This document shows, piece after piece, positions 37,341 to 51,574 of a DNA stretch of 64,000 bases. A model generated the notes under the pieces. The model made no database searches and was not told where the DNA came from. It saw only the letters and a list, made by a program, of their open reading frames with translations. Location of the stretch: NCBI RefSeq assembly GCF_006345805.1, contig NC_043016.1, positions 31,434,001-31,498,000 on the forward strand. Direction: 5' to 3'. The stretch is from Octopus sinensis. Lineage: Eukaryota. How positions within the stretch are numbered: the stretch's first letter is position 1; the number at the start of each line of letters is the position of its first letter. Made by a program: the position numbers and the translations under genes.

Positions 37341-37386
37341 CTGATAAAATAAAACATAGTGCCAGCAATATATATATTGCTCTCAT
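37341..37386 (-). CDS. Coding part of exon 2: signal peptide MRAIYILLALCFILS(G)
   Basis: ATG at 37386 (A at -3), 15 codons plus 1 nt, then donor GTAATA. Phase 1 matches exon 3, giving MRAIYILLALCFILSVQHLASG|QQSE with an A-x-G cleavage motif. Exon acceptor tattttccag|G at 37439/37438, so the whole exon is 37438-37341. Confidence 0.85.
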
Positions 37387-38599
37387 CTTCTCTTTTTTTA
37401 TTTTCTTTCCTCAGAAATCACAATAAAATGTATTTAACCTGGAAAATATACAATTAAAGTAAAACTTATCAGTAGACAGAGAAATAATTTCGTGGCATAC
37501 AGTAATCTTGTGATTGAAGTTCTTAACCATTCGACAAACAGGGATCAAATAAATGAGTAATTAGTAATGTCGATTTTTGCCAATTTTTTTGCAGATTCAT
37601 ATTCCCTGTAGCGGAAAAGGGGTGTTTGTGCTGAAAAAAATTTTTAAGGGTGGTTTTTGTGGGGGGAGAGGACGGGCAGAAGTCTTCCCCCCCCCCCCAA
37701 GTTTTGGGCCTTATGCCTAGAGAGGAAAAGATTATATTTTTTAATTCTCCTGGTGTGAAATGTCTTTTTGATTCCTTCTTCAAAATACAATCTATTTAAG
37801 TATTACCAAATAAAGTTTTCATTGGGTTACTGTTAAAAAGAACTAAAACTGCCTAAAAAATATCTGCTCTCAATATTTGGCAGGTAGACAACAGTTAAAA
37901 AGAGGCTCATTTCACAAACTTTAAAAATTTTATTTATAAACATATTTTCACATCCAAAATTGCTAATACACACATTTATAATGGCAGATTAAGCAATACA
38001 AGAAAAAAATATATAAACTAGAAAAGCACTCGGAGAGCGCAGACCTTCGCCAAGCAGCTCATTTCAGCTCATATACACACATGCTGAAAATTGCCCAATT
38101 TCCTAAACCAACACCAGCAAAAACATAACCTCCTTGGCGGGGTTAAAAAAAAACACAGCCATACTGATACTATTTTATCCTCCTCCCATACTTATCTCGA
38201 CCATCATCATCATCAACACTGTCTCTGTCTTCACCACAATTACCGTCAAAACTACGATCACCACAATCAGTTTCTCTACACAGTTGAAAATCCATTATCC
38301 GATACTCATGGGACCGAGATTGTTGCAGATTTTTGATTTTTCTAATTTCGGATTGCTTTATTAAAACCAGGTCTAACTAAACACAATAGCTTATAGATAT
38401 ACTCTGAATGTAGTTCTATATAAATCTCTAATATTTTTTTTAATACTTAAGACCATCAGAAATGTTAAGATATCAGCCTCTACCTATGTTGTCATGCTTT
38501 GATTAAAAGGTTACAGCACAGATTAGATTACTTAGATAAGTTTCGGCCAAAGTTGACTCAGGCTATGTCTAATTTAATAGCACCACCTGGAAGTGATAC

Positions 38600-39000
38600 A
38601 CAGTCAGCTCTGGGGAAGCGTAGCCCATTCAAGCAGAGAGTTATTGTTTTCAGAGACATATCAGAGTGTCGGTGGTTTATCTGGTATTTGTTGTGGGTAA
38701 TCATCTAGGGATCGTTTGGATACTGTGTAGTCACTTTCCTCCTTTATGTGTGTCTGGCACGATGTTGAAGAGAACAGGGCCAATTGAGGTGAAGTAGTTC
38801 TGTCATAGTGTTGTGAGATGACACGAACATTTCTGTAGTGGATGGATGGTATGGGGGCCAAGCCTCGGACGAATTTTAAAGATGGGTAATGTTGATGGAA
38901 TATTTTCCACATAATACAGATGATATAGAGCTCACAGTGGTGGTGGAGGGAGCAAAGCCTGAGCTTTTTGAGTCGATCCCAATAGTCAAGGCTTGTCATG
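38600..39000 (-). pseudogene. CR1/L2-type LINE C-terminal fragment
   Basis: LDYWDRLKKLRLCSL...YIICIMWKI...KRSLDDY.QQIPDKP. Confidence 0.7.
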
Positions 39001-39369
39001 TCATCCTCCGCAGACTTCCGCCAAGCAGCTCATTTTAAGATAGATACACGAGTAAAATGACTAACAGAGAAACGAAAAATAAACTTTTGAAACAGCAACG
39101 CCACCATAGGTTACATGAAAACGATGAACGTGTTTTCAAGGGAGATAATCAAAGAACGTAACATTGTAATACTTCATGTAAAGTAAATATAACAAATGAA
39201 AAATCCTTCAAGAATCCATTAAATTCCTGGATTACTACCAAAATTTCATCATCTACCACTGCGTGGCACCTTGGGCAAGTGTCTTCTACTATAGCCTGAG
39301 GCAGACCAAAGCCTTGTGAGTGGATTTGGTAGACAGAAACTGAAAGAAGCCTGTAATCTATGTATGCGC

Positions 39370-39400
<31 letters not shown>

Positions 39401-39869
39401 CGCCTGTGTTTGTCCCCCCAACATCGCTTGACAACCGATGCTGGTGTGTTTATGTCTCCATAACTTAGCGGTTCGGCAAAAGTGACCGATAGAATAAGTA
39501 CTAGGCTTACAAAGAATAAGTCCGGGGGTCGATTTGCCCGACTAAAGGCAGTGCTCCGGCATGGCCACAGACAAATGACAGAAACAAGTAAAAGTAAATA
39601 AGTATCTGTTCCTTGTGTCATTACCAACTTTTCCTGCAAGTTTCATCAAATACCGTTAACAACTTTTTGAGTTATTTTGCACACAGATAGACAAACGGAC
39701 AAACCAATGCCAATGAAAACATAACCTACTTCCTTGGTGGAGGTAAAAACATAATCAAAACACTGCTAAATATTCTAGAGGAAGAAGTTAATGGACAGAT
39801 TAGTGAACAATAAATAGAAGAAAATATCTGAGATATAGGTGCAAGTGTGGCTGAGTGGTGAGAAGCTTA

Positions 39870-41113
39870 CGAGGGGCGTTCAATAAGTAATGCCCCTGAC
39901 CCACTTCCCATAGCAGAAGAGCAACGACACTTGGCACAGTTATTAGTCTTTTCCTACATAGGAACTACCCAGAGTTTGATACAGCTCTGGAGACCGCTTT
40001 TGTAGAAGACCCCAGCTTGGTCCTCCAACCACAACGTGACTTCAGAAATCAAGGCTGCATCATCTGGGAAACGCTTTCCTTTCAAAATCAACGTCATGGC
40101 TGGGAAGAGGTGAAAATCAAAGGGTGCAAGGGGAGGAGTTCATAGCTGCATGCCTGTGCTTCTGATCTGGCGACACGCGAGTTGTGGACAGGAGTGTTGT
40201 TTTGCAGGAGGAGGATGCCTTTGCTGATCTTGCCCCGCCTCTTGATTTTGATAGCTTCTCTTAATTTCCTCAAAAGTGAAGCATAATAGGCTCCTGTAAT
40301 TGTGGTACCCTTTGCCAGGAAATCTGTCATCACTACTCCGTCCTGGTCCCAGAAGACTGTGAGCATAACCTTGTCAGCGGAGGGCTGCACCCTTGCCTTC
40401 TTTTGAGGGGGTGAGTCACGGTGCTTCCACTGCATTGACTGCGCTTTGGTCTATGGATCATAGTGATGGACCCAGGTTTTATCCTGTGTGATCAGTCTTT
40501 TGAAAAATTTTGACTCATCTTCTTGGCACATCTCCAAATTCATCCTCGAGCACTCAACGCGTTCTTGCTTCTGGAAAGCAACCTGGAAATCCATCTGGCA
40601 GACACCTTTTGCATACGCAAATGGTCATGAATGATAGTTTCCACAGACCCGGTACTAATCTTGACCTTATGGGCTATTTGGCGAATAGTTATGCGTTGAC
40701 CTTTCAAAATGGCAGCCTCAACTTGACGGACAGACGTCTCATCAACGGCAGAAGGGGGCGACCAGATCTGGGAGCTGTTTCCACAGAGTTCCGACAATGT
40801 TTGAATTCCCAATGCCAGCGTTTTACAAGGTCATATGATGGGGCATCATCACCATAAGTTACTTTCATTTCATCAAAAGTCTCCCGTGGTGTGCGTCCTT
40901 TCAAATACAAAAACCAGATCACTGCTCGACACTCAACAGGCTCCATTTCACACTTGACTCAGTTCAAACACCTGTAAATCAGAAACCACAATTAGTTCAG
41001 AGCTGTAATTCGCCACTTAATCTATAGAGGTATAAATAAGTGCACATGCAAAATTTCAGCTAGATCAAACAAATGCAAGTGGGTCAGGGGCATTACTTAT
41101 TGAACGCCCCTCG
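39870..41113 (-). mobile_element. Near full-length mariner (irritans/Hsmar2-like), 1244 bp, decayed
   Basis: Perfect 37-bp TIRs CGAGGGGCGTTCAATAAGTAATGCCCCTGACCCACTT, TA TSD, inserted into a family A SINE head. Confidence 0.95.
39960..40946 (-). pseudogene. Mariner transposase pseudogene
   Basis: MEPVECRAVIWFLYLKG...PRSGRP...KVSARWISRLL...ITQDKTWVHHYDP*...KVMLTVFWD...LLQNNTPVH, split over three frames with a stop, substituted catalytic residues and a 3' deletion. Confidence 0.95.
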
Positions 41114-41459
41114 TACGTCCCAGTCACATGACTCCAGGTTCAGTCCCATTTTATGGCACCTTGAGCAAGCATTTTCTTCTTTAGCCTTGAACCAACCAAA
41201 GCCTTGTGAATGGATTTGGTAGATGGAAACTAAAAGAAGCCCACTGTATATATATTCTTTTACTTGTTTCAGACTGTGGCCATACTGGAACACTGCCTTT
41301 AGTTGAGCAAATCACCTCCAGAACCTATTCTTTGTAAGCCTAGTACTTGTTCTATTTGATTCTTTTTGCCGAACCACTAAGTGACAGGGACACAAACACA
41401 CCAACATCGGTTGTCAAACGATGGTGGAGGGACAAACACAGACACAAATAACAAATACA

Positions 41460-41509
<50 letters not shown>

Positions 41510-42429
41510 CAACGGGCTTCTATCAGTTTCTGACTTTCATCTTGTCCATGGTGCCACACAGTGGGACTGAACCCTGAACCATGTGGTTGAGAAGCAAACT
41601 TCTTACCACATGGCCACACCTGTATATAAAAAAAATAATCATCAATAGTGATCATTATTCCTAGGTTTACCAATATAAAACTTCCCCTTGATCAGAAGAA
41701 CTGGAAATATAACATTTTTAATAACATTAAATTACTTGCATAATTTATGTCCTTTTAATGAGATCTGCCTAAGGAAAATTGTAGTATAAGGATGTTAAAT
41801 CCATGCACATAGCCATATTGTATGTTGTATGTTAGTCCTGTTACAAAAATTTCTTATGTGGCAGTAGTATTTGATTTTCATAGAAGACTTTTCTATGGAG
41901 TTACAGAAGATACTTGAAAGTGTTTATGTTTCTATTAACCTTTAATTGGATTGGAAAAGAGGGATCGATGTCACAACTAAAAATGTGTCAAACAAAAAAC
42001 AATTGTTATAATCTGATTAAGTTATAAGGATGATAACAAAGGCTTTAAATACAATTTCGCAGCTGTAGTTAATATAAGGTTAGCAGCAGCTGATGAGAAC
42101 ATAATGATTCTTCAAAGGTTGTCCATTTGTGCTGTCATTACTTGTCCATGATGTATTTGTGTAAACGTAAATGTTTGCAACAGTCATACGTATCTGATAA
42201 ATTGAAGTAATTTATGAGTGTGCAATGACATCTAAAGTCTTTGGATATATACCATAGTAAACTTTTGTGTGTGTATGTATGTGGCTGTGTGGTAAATAGC
42301 TCGCTTACCAACCACATGGTTCTGGGTTCAGTCCCACTGAGTGGCACCTTGGGCAAGTGTCTTCTACTATAGCCTCGGGCCGACCAAAGCCTTGTGAGTA
42401 GATTCGGTAGACGGAAACTGAATGTTGCA

Positions 42430-44320
42430 GCCGCTCATGTCCTATGATATTCTCTTTTTTTCCTAAACCTGTACAATAAGACTGTCTTTTGTTGTCTTCG
42501 TAGCCACTGGAATGCTATCCTTTCATGCCAAGAAGACTGTCAACAGTTTTACTCTGTTATTCAGTTCCATCAAAATAAGCAGGTATTCTACAGTGTTAAG
42601 TTTAATGTCCAAGATGTTTCCTGTGGAGTAGAGCTCAGAGTAGCACACTACCTGTCTTCTTGCCTGTCTTTGATGAACTTTCTTGTTACACATTTTAGTG
42701 ATGCTGCCTAGCCCATGGTTGAGCCAATGGCTTTCTTGATCTTCTAAAACATTCATGGATGACACCTGTGTTAAAAACAATGAATGCTTTTGAAAAGCAT
42801 TCATTGCAACTGATTGTTTTTGTTTTCCAGGCTTTGCTTCTTGATTTTAGAGCTCCTTGGGTGACCTAGGAAAAGTAGCATTTTCATTCCAGTAGCTCAG
42901 CATACTTTGGTTCAAAAAAAAAAAAAAAAAAAAAAACCCCAGCAATGAACTTCCTTGTGTTCACTTCAAGCAAATCCTGTGATTTGCTCCATTTCTTGTC
43001 AAAAGTTTTGAATACAGTGTTGTGGTTGGTGTTCTGGGAGAGTCTACTTTTAGTCATGCACCTCTTTCTGCTGGATTTGTACAGAGACCATCCTCCAGCA
43101 ACTTGAACTCTGTCACTAGGTGTGTGTTAAACTGGTATTGAGGAACTATTTGCCTAGAGACTTCATATAATGCATTTTCTTTGGCTGAAATCTAAACTTG
43201 CAGCCATCCCAAGAGTAATCTGTGTTGCAGTTAGCAACTGAAAGGATTGAGTCATAAATACATTTCTCAGGTAGCGGCACTGTATAAATATCAGGTTTAG
43301 TTGGTGTTAATCATTGCAGCAGGCATGTCTCAGAGACGTTTTGGACTGGGGTTTATTCTAGAAGTAAATGATGGCAACACACAATCTATAGAGTGCACAA
43401 AGATCAGGCAGTCGTTCCCCATTGTCATTTATGCTGCTAATCCAAGACTTTCTCAGGTAGCCTGGCCAGGAGACTTAGTCAACATCCACTCTGGCACTAA
43501 AATTGCTCAAAGAACTCAGCCTATTTGTCTTGTGTAGAGTTGAAATTTGGTCTATTGACATTGATAACATTGACAGGCACATTGGATTTATGAAATGAAG
43601 AAAGAAAGTAAATTCTGTTGTACCTGCACTGGACTCCACCATATTCAGTAGAGATTTTCTCACAGTCAAGCCAATGCTATTTCCTCTATTCTCAGCTGAG
43701 CTCTTTCCCTGACATAAAATATAGTCTCCCTGAAGATGGCGAACTGGCAGAAACGTTAGCACGCCGGGTGAAATGCTTAGCGGTATTTTGTCTGAGTTCT
43801 ACGTTCTGAGTTCAAATTCCGCCGAGGTTGACTTTGCCTTTTATCTTTTGGGGGTCGATTAAATAAGTACCAGTTACTCACTGGGGTCGATATAATCAAC
43901 TTAATCTGTTTGTCTGTCCTTGTTTGTTCCCTCTGTGTGTAGTCCCTTGTGGGCAATAAAGAAATAAGAAAATATAGTCTCCGTCATGTAGAGATCTTGA
44001 TTCTGCAATGTGTTGCAATGTGCACTTGATGTTTTATTAGTTTGTTACTACTCACCTTTGTCTCATATGTGTCACTGCACTGAAAGATAACAATGTAACT
44101 GAATGACAAACAGCAAGCTGGCAAAAGGAGAATATTAAATATCCTGAACTGAGAGTTGCGTAGTAAAGCCAGATACAAGTGTGAATCATGAGATGATACT
44201 AGTCATATGGGTGTCTGCAAAACTAAAGATGGCATGGAATTCAAAGCTGCACTGGAGCTGCAATAGGTGCATGTAAGAATTGTGAAATGGGAATGAATGC
44301 CAGCTACAGGTGAATTTTAC
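42430..44320 (-). mobile_element. RTE/BovB-like LINE relic (APE to RT linker), split by a SINE
   Basis: INDNGERLPDLCALYRLCV...HQLNLI...CYSELYS...MELN. A matching fragment lies on the plus strand at about 50780-50930. Confidence 0.8.
43730..43968 (+). mobile_element. Complete SINE family B copy with a 14-bp TSD
   Basis: AAAATATAGTCTCC at 43716-43729 and 43969-43982. Interrupts an RTE/BovB-like LINE relic. Confidence 0.9.
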
Positions 44321-44999
44321 AGGTTATGAATGAGACATGACAAAAATTGCTTTATAGAAAGTTGAAATATATAATATTGTTATATTGTGCTACTGTGTGT
44401 TCAATATGAATACTAAAGCTGCAAGACAAAAATTAATAATCACCAGAGAAAATTCAGTTTCTGTAGTATGTGTATGCCAAGCAATATGCGCTCAAGCACG
44501 TGCCAACATGTATGAAATGTTATGCAAAACAGAGCAAAAATAAAGTCAGAAAAAAAAACTATTTGAAAGGAAAAAAAGCATGCCGTGTAAGGAGAAAAAC
44601 AAAGAAGAAAATAAAGAAAAAAAATGTTCAAATATATTATCTGTTAATTCTGTTTTTGGAATATCTCAAAGCTCAAACATAAAGCATGTAATGATAAGCA
44701 TGTAAATACTGAGTTAAAAAAACCCTTTTGGATAGAAAAAGTCAAAGGCTGTCTGTGAGCCTTTTTTTTTCTGAAAAGAGATTTTACACAAGATATTTAC
44801 AAGCTATTACTTATAGCTTTATGTTTGTGCTTTAAGGTATTTCAAAGAAAGAATTAGTTGACATTCACTTAAAAGCTTGTAACATTCTTATGATATCAAT
44901 GAGATATCATCAGTTGATATTGAAGTAAGAATAGAAATAATTACAGGAGTATCAAATTGCTGGATCAGGTGATGAAAATTTCGGTGAGAGTCAGAGCCC

Positions 45000-46690
45000 A
45001 ACTAATTAGGGAGGAAGAGAGTTAGCTTAGATGAGATGCAGTTTGGTTTCGTGCCAGGGAGAAGCACCACTGATGCTATATTTCTGGTAAGGCAGCTGCA
45101 GGAGAAATACATAACCAAAGATAAACCTCTGTACTTGGCCTTTGTTGACTTGGAGAAAGCCTTTGACAGGATACCCTGGTCCCTTATCAGGTGGTCAATG
45201 CAGAAACTAGGTATAGACAAGTGGTTTGTGAGAGCTGTACAAGCTATGTACAGGGATGCAACCAGTAAGATAAGGGTTGGCAATGAGTACAGCGAAGAAT
45301 TCAGGGCACAAGTAGGGGTTCACCAAGGATCAGTGCTCAGCCCCCTTTTGTTCATCATAGTCCTCCAGGCAATAACAGAGAGATTCAAGACAGGCTGCCC
45401 CTGTGAACTACTCTATGATGATGACCTTGCTCTTAGGCTGAATCACTACCTGAACTAGAGGTATGGAAGCAAGGTCTAGAATGGAAGGACCTTAGAGTTA
45501 GCCTAGCAAAACCCAAGGTATTAGTAAAAAGGAAGGCAGACGAATTTCAAATCCCATCAGGTAGATAGCCCTGCTCGATCTGTAGAAAAGGCATAGGTAG
45601 AAACTCTATAAGATGCACCTGGTGTAAGCTTTGCACACATAAAAGGTGCAGCAATATCAGAGGAAGGTTAACAGAGTAACTAGCTTTGTATGTGGAAGAT
45701 GTACAGGTACAATAAACGCTGAAAATGGGCAGAAAATAAACTCCATCAACTGCCAGTGGGGCAAGCTAGAGGTAGTAGATAGCTTCCGTTATCTAGGTGA
45801 CCAAGTTAGTAGTGAAGGCAGATGCTCCAAGAGTGTAACTGTGAGAATAAGATTAGGATGGACAAAGTTCAGAGAGCTCCTACCCCTGCTGGCAACAAAG
45901 GGTCTCTCTCTCAGGGTGACAGGCGGATTGTTTGATGCCTATGTGTGAACAACTATGTTGCATGGCAGTGAAATTTGGGCTGTGACAGCCGAGGACATGT
46001 AGGCTTAAAAGAAATAAAGGCAGTATGCATGTTTGACAGAGTGTAAGCATCTTGAGAGAAAAGTTAGGCATAAGAGACAACTGCACTGGTATGGTCATAT
46101 GATGTGTATGAATGAGGACAACTGTGTAAAGAAGTGCTGATCTCTAACTGTGGAGGGAACCTGTGGTAGAAGTAGACCCAGGAAGATATGGAATGAGGTG
46201 GTGAAGCATAATCTTCAAACTTTGAGCCTCACAGAGGCAATGACTTGTGACCGAGACCTTTGATGATGTGCTGTACTTGAGAGGACCTGTCAAGCCAAGT
46301 GCACCTGTGCTGGTGACATGTAAAGAACACCTTTTGAGCATTGGACTTCACAGAAGCAAAGTGGCTGAGTTTCTTTCGAGTGTTTGGCCTCATGGAGGCA
46401 ATGACCAAGACGTTTGGCATTATGTCATGCTTGAGAAGACCTATCAAGCCTAGCAAAGTCACAGTTGTGGAAGATATCGGTGCCACACAAATGGCACCTG
46501 TGCCGGTGGCATGTAAAAGCACCCATTACACTCTCGGAGTGGTTGGCATTAGGAAGGGCATCCTGTTGTTGAAAACCAAGCCAAATCAGACTGGAGTCTG
46601 GTGCAGCCTTCCAGTGTGCCAGCTCGATTAAACCATTCAACCCATGCCAGCATGGACAACAGACGTTAAATGATGATGATGATGATGAAT
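45000..46690 (+). mobile_element. 5'-truncated RTE LINE, same family as 4181-7827
   Basis: MQFGFVPGRSTTDAIF...GVHQGSVLSP...LYDDD, FVCGRC, YLGDQVSS, then a 3'UTR and (GAT)n tail. Multiple frameshifts. Confidence 0.92.
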
Positions 46691-48131
46691 TGGTGCCAAA
46701 AAAAGATTCATGAAATGTAAAAAGGAAATTGTGCTAGAATTCATGGAGGTAAGTTCAAAGACAGAGATGCCAGTATTCCACTCTAGTTGGAGATTGGTCT
46801 CCTTTCATGGAGGCAAAATGTCCAAGTACATGAAACAGAAGAATGCTGTAATTGGTCAATGGTGCTCGTTTTTGATTTAATAGATTTGTACATGGCAAAA
46901 GAAAGCTTTCACATGATGCTCTTTTATATCTCATTAACGAAAGAGATTTGCAAGAGTTGAAGTACAGGATTTATCAGGATTGTTGATTGCAGCACTTGGT
47001 TTGTTTCTCTCACTTAGCCAACTAAGTTTCCATATTTTTTCATGTTTTCAACGTCAAGATTCATCACATGTTGTGTGATTTAGGTCATACATTCTATTGA
47101 ACTTAAGCAACAGTTGTATTTCTCAGTAAGTTGTTTATTGTTTTCTTCTAGTGGAAGAAGAGATCATAAAATGTATTTCATAGCAGGGTGTATATGTGTT
47201 CAATGTCAGTGTTATTGTTCTTTTATTTAGAGAGATAGAAAAACACTTGTCTCCACTACATATAAAATTTCAATTCTTTCAAATTTTCTCAGCAAGTCAT
47301 CTGTTATATTGAGGCAATTTTTTTTGTGTAATAGCTTTGGCTTACCTCACGTTCTGCTGTTAGCTTGGTACTATGTGATGTCCATAATTGATAACAATAG
47401 TCTAGATGGCTGACAAATATGATTTCCTCTTCTCTTGTTCTGAATGATCTTGGAATTCAGCCAACCTGTTACTTGTTTATTGTTGGTATCTTTACAATAA
47501 ATATACGGAATAATGCCAGCATAATAAAGTAGATGTAAAAATACTGTTTCAATACCCAATCATAATGCTGTAGTAGCTGTGTTTAATGGCTTCTTTCTAA
47601 AGGGAAGTTGTGCTGAATGTAATTTGTAAAATCATTGAAAATTTGTTCCATGATTTTTCAGCTATTTGAAGTCAAAAAGATAGACCAGCCATTTTTATCT
47701 TCTGCTCTGCTTTGTCCATATTTTCTTTTAACTTTATGGGAGTTTCTCACTAGCAAGGGAACTGAAAATGTATCAGCAGCAGTTTCACTAGTCTTTTTTT
47801 TCATGTCTTTAGTAGAATTACCAGAATTGTCAAGAAACTGTCATGGTCTGTTGCTGAGATCCAACGAACTCCATTTATGATTGACTTTATATTTTCTTTC
47901 TTCATGTTGATGTAATCAATGGCTGTCACTTGCCTCTGGCTTTTTTATTTATATATCTCCAAGAAAAGAAGTGAAAACAATTTTTGAATTGTTCACTCAG
48001 GGAGGTCTTCTGAAAGCAGTTCACTTATCCATAAGAACTTTACAGTCAGTGAGCTATTTTCTTTCTACAGTGGCACTACTCTGTAATCACTGCAACTGAC
48101 TCTTGCAATTTTGTCTGCTGTTTATATTAGT

Positions 48132-48364
48132 CAAACTGATGTCTTCATCTCAACTGTTGGTTTCACTACGTTTTGGTTGTTGTATGCTCCAGCCTTCTTC
48201 AGGTGTCTTGTGTAGAACTTGCCCATTATATCTGAATTTTGAAATAGGTAGATGTTTGAAATTCTGATACAATAACTGAGTTCAACAGAAGACACTTGAA
48301 TAAGGCTGGAACCTACACCAACCAAAACGTGGTGAAAGCAACAACCAAGATGAGGACACCAGTT
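48132..48364. repeat. Inverted pair of decayed Penelope-type tails
   Basis: Arms of about 78 bp (48132-48209 and 48289-48364), each with a CTGAAGA/TTGAATA-AGGCTGG...AAAAC hammerhead relic. Confidence 0.7.
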
Positions 48365-48424
48365 CAACTAATATGAAGAATAGGCTTAATATAAATTCTT
48401 CATCTCAGAAATATATTGATAGAA

Positions 48425-49246
48425 TTATATGACTTGTAAATTTATAGAAAACCTCAGTAATTGTTTTTCAGCTTTGGATGTAGGTATTTTCTTTGTTGTT
48501 ATTCTGTTCCAGATCGTTCTGGCCACTGCATCATGCCTCATGGGAAGATAATATCTAGAAGACATTCTCTCACAGCTGGCAATAATGTGGTTGATGTCTT
48601 CACTCTTGGCTTTGCACAGCCTACATTTGTTGTCTGTCATTGTTTTCTGCCTCTTAAGTGGTAGGTACTCTAAAGTGGTCGGTACTTGGTGAGTGGTAAG
48701 TAATCATAAGTGGTAGGTACTTGGTTAGAAGGTCTTGTTCTTGAATAGTATGGAGGTAGCCTTTGAAGTGGAATGTCATAAACTTGTCAGTACTTCATAC
48801 TAAGCTCTTGACTTGATCAGTACCTTCTATGATTTGTACCCATGAAATAACTTCCCAGTGAACAAGTCCATTTTCTTTTTATTTTGCTCTTCCAATAAAC
48901 AGAATATACCAATGCTGTTTGAGGAGAGACCAATATCATTTCCTATTTCATCCCTCTCCTCAAGTTCACTACCTATCCTAATGATACTGTTTTCATGCTT
49001 ACAAATTAGGTAAGATAGTTATTGGTCTCCTTTTCCCCTGCTGCAGATGTTGTTTTAGTGTCACGATATGTGCTGCTTCATATGACATCAATACAGATTT
49101 GAGACCATGTCTACCATGCTTGCGTGAGAAGTACAACCTGACTACATCTCCATTGGTGTTGAAGTTTCTCATATCATTGAGTAACTTGTGAGTTTGGACA
49201 TCTGTCTCATTGAGTTCCTGTAGTGACCAGTTCAGAAGGCCAAATG

Positions 49247-49250
<4 letters not shown>
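48425..49250 (-). pseudogene. R4/NeSL-type (RLE) non-LTR relic
   Basis: [15 protein letters not shown]...GDVVRLYFSRKHG.HGL and the CCHC knuckle CRLCKAKSEDINHIIASC...RHDAVA. Confidence 0.85.
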
Positions 49251-49278
<28 letters not shown>

Positions 49279-51337
49279 TGTATGTATGTATGTATGTATG
49301 TATGTATGTATGTATGTATATATGTACGTACGTATGTATGTATGTGTGTGTATATGTGTGTATTCACATACATAAACATACATATACATACATGCATACA
49401 TACACGCACACACACATACATACATATGTATGTACGTATGTGCATGCATCCATAAATACTAACATACACACATACATATGGAAAGAACTTTTGAGTGGCA
49501 TACAGTCCCTAACTCATCAAAGAGTGCAGTTACTCTGAATAAGAATTGATTTTTGCCAGTGACAAGATCCAAAGACTTTGCAGATCCAAAGACTAAAATT
49601 ACACAAACTTGTAGAATCTTTTTGGAAAGGAGTTAACAGAAAGTGCCTGCTTTCTATTCAAAGGATTTCCAGTTTATATTGCACTGGCTTTTGTGGTGTT
49701 GTATACTTCCTTACAAGAAGACTTAGATTGCATAAATAATAAAACTACTTAACTCTCATAAGTTTAATCAATCTTTACAATGCACCCTAAGAAATACTGC
49801 AAATAGAAGATGGACCTATGTATAAAAGATGAAAAATTTAGTTAATCCTCAGTGATGCTCTTGGGAGGATGTGATGAAAGCTACAAAAACTGTTGACAAA
49901 CATTAAATGAAACTAAAATGACTTTTGAAACTTTTTTTAGCTTATCTAACACCTTGATGAAGAAAGAAAAATTTTTTGGATGTGAAATCTATGAGATGCA
50001 GCACAGAATTTTGTCAGTGAACAGGTCACAGTCTCAAAGTGATGAAAATATTTAAAATTAAATTTAAATGTTGAAGTGAATCTAATGGTTTTTGTGTGTT
50101 TTTAAATGGCTTATAAGCACCTTCCACACTGCAATTGCCTTTGTTTCAGCGCACAGTCTCAGATCAGGTCACTTGCTATGCAAGTACATCTCCGAAATCT
50201 ATATTGTAATCACATTAATAAAGAAGGGATTGGGTAAAAAATGTCCCTATGGTGAACCTGATATTTGTCTGTTTTAGAGCCACTGACTGACAGTGCCACA
50301 AATATTCAAAGAATTTACTGAGGAGATATTTTTTCCTTCAGGTATCATTATCTAAGCCAAGGGTTCCTAAACTTACTTTCTTATGGAACCCTTGTACTAT
50401 TTTCCAAAAATCTCATGGAATCAGTCTTCAATCTTTTATCTTTCTTCAATCATTGGATTGCGGCCATATTGGGCACTGCCTTGAAGGGTTATAGTTGAAT
50501 GAATTGGTCTCAGGACTTATTTTGTTTTAAGCCTGATACTTACTCTACTGGTCTCTTTTGCCAAACCACTAAGTTACAGGGATGTAAATAAACAAATATC
50601 AGTTGTCAAGTGGATGTGAAGGACAGCTACAAACATAAAGACTTACACACACATACAGTGGCTTGGGAATAAAATTTGCTTAGGGGCTGCAAACTCAAGT
50701 CCAGAGTTTTTTTTTTACAAACAAGGTTTTTTTCCCTTTTTTCTTTTTTTTTTCAGAAGAAATCTGACTTCAAGCTAAGTTCTATGAGCAGTTTTAATGC
50801 CAGAGCGGATATTGACTAAGACTCCTGGCCAGGCTACCTGAGAAAGTCATGGATTAGTAGCATAAATGACAATGAGGAATGATTGCTTGACCTTTGCACA
50901 CTCTATAGATTGTGTGTCACCATCCCTTTTTATGCATGTTTTCTAAACCTGAGAAAAGTAAGTAGGGCTGCAAATTTTGATTCTGCAGCCTCCAAGAATT
51001 TTAGGAGGTGTGTTAGCACTCCATGCACCCTCTCTTCCTGGGATCATGCACACATAGACATATATATACATATGTATATATATTATTTCTTTATTACCCA
51101 CAAAGGGCTAAACAGAGGGGACAAACAAGAACAGATAGAGGGATTAAGTCGATTACATCGACCCCAGTTCGTAACTGTACTTAATTTATCGACCACGAAA
51201 GAATGAAAGGCAAAGTCGACATCAGCGGAATTTGAACTCAGAATGTAGCGGCAGACGAAATACTGCTAAGCAATTCGCCTGGTGTGCTAATGATTCTGCC
51301 AGCTTGCCACCTGTGTGTATATATATATATATATATA

Positions 51338-51436
<99 letters not shown>

Positions 51437-51574
51437 CTATATATATATATATATATATAATATATAATATATATATTATATATATATATTATATATATAT
51501 ATATGTATATATATATAGGGATATATATATATATATTATATATATATATGTATATATATATGTTATATATATAT

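Noticed and set aside
46700-48120. Host exons or a recognisable transposase
   Set aside because: It looks coding-like, but has stops in all frames and no motif I can identify; left unassigned, and a tBLASTx search would be needed.
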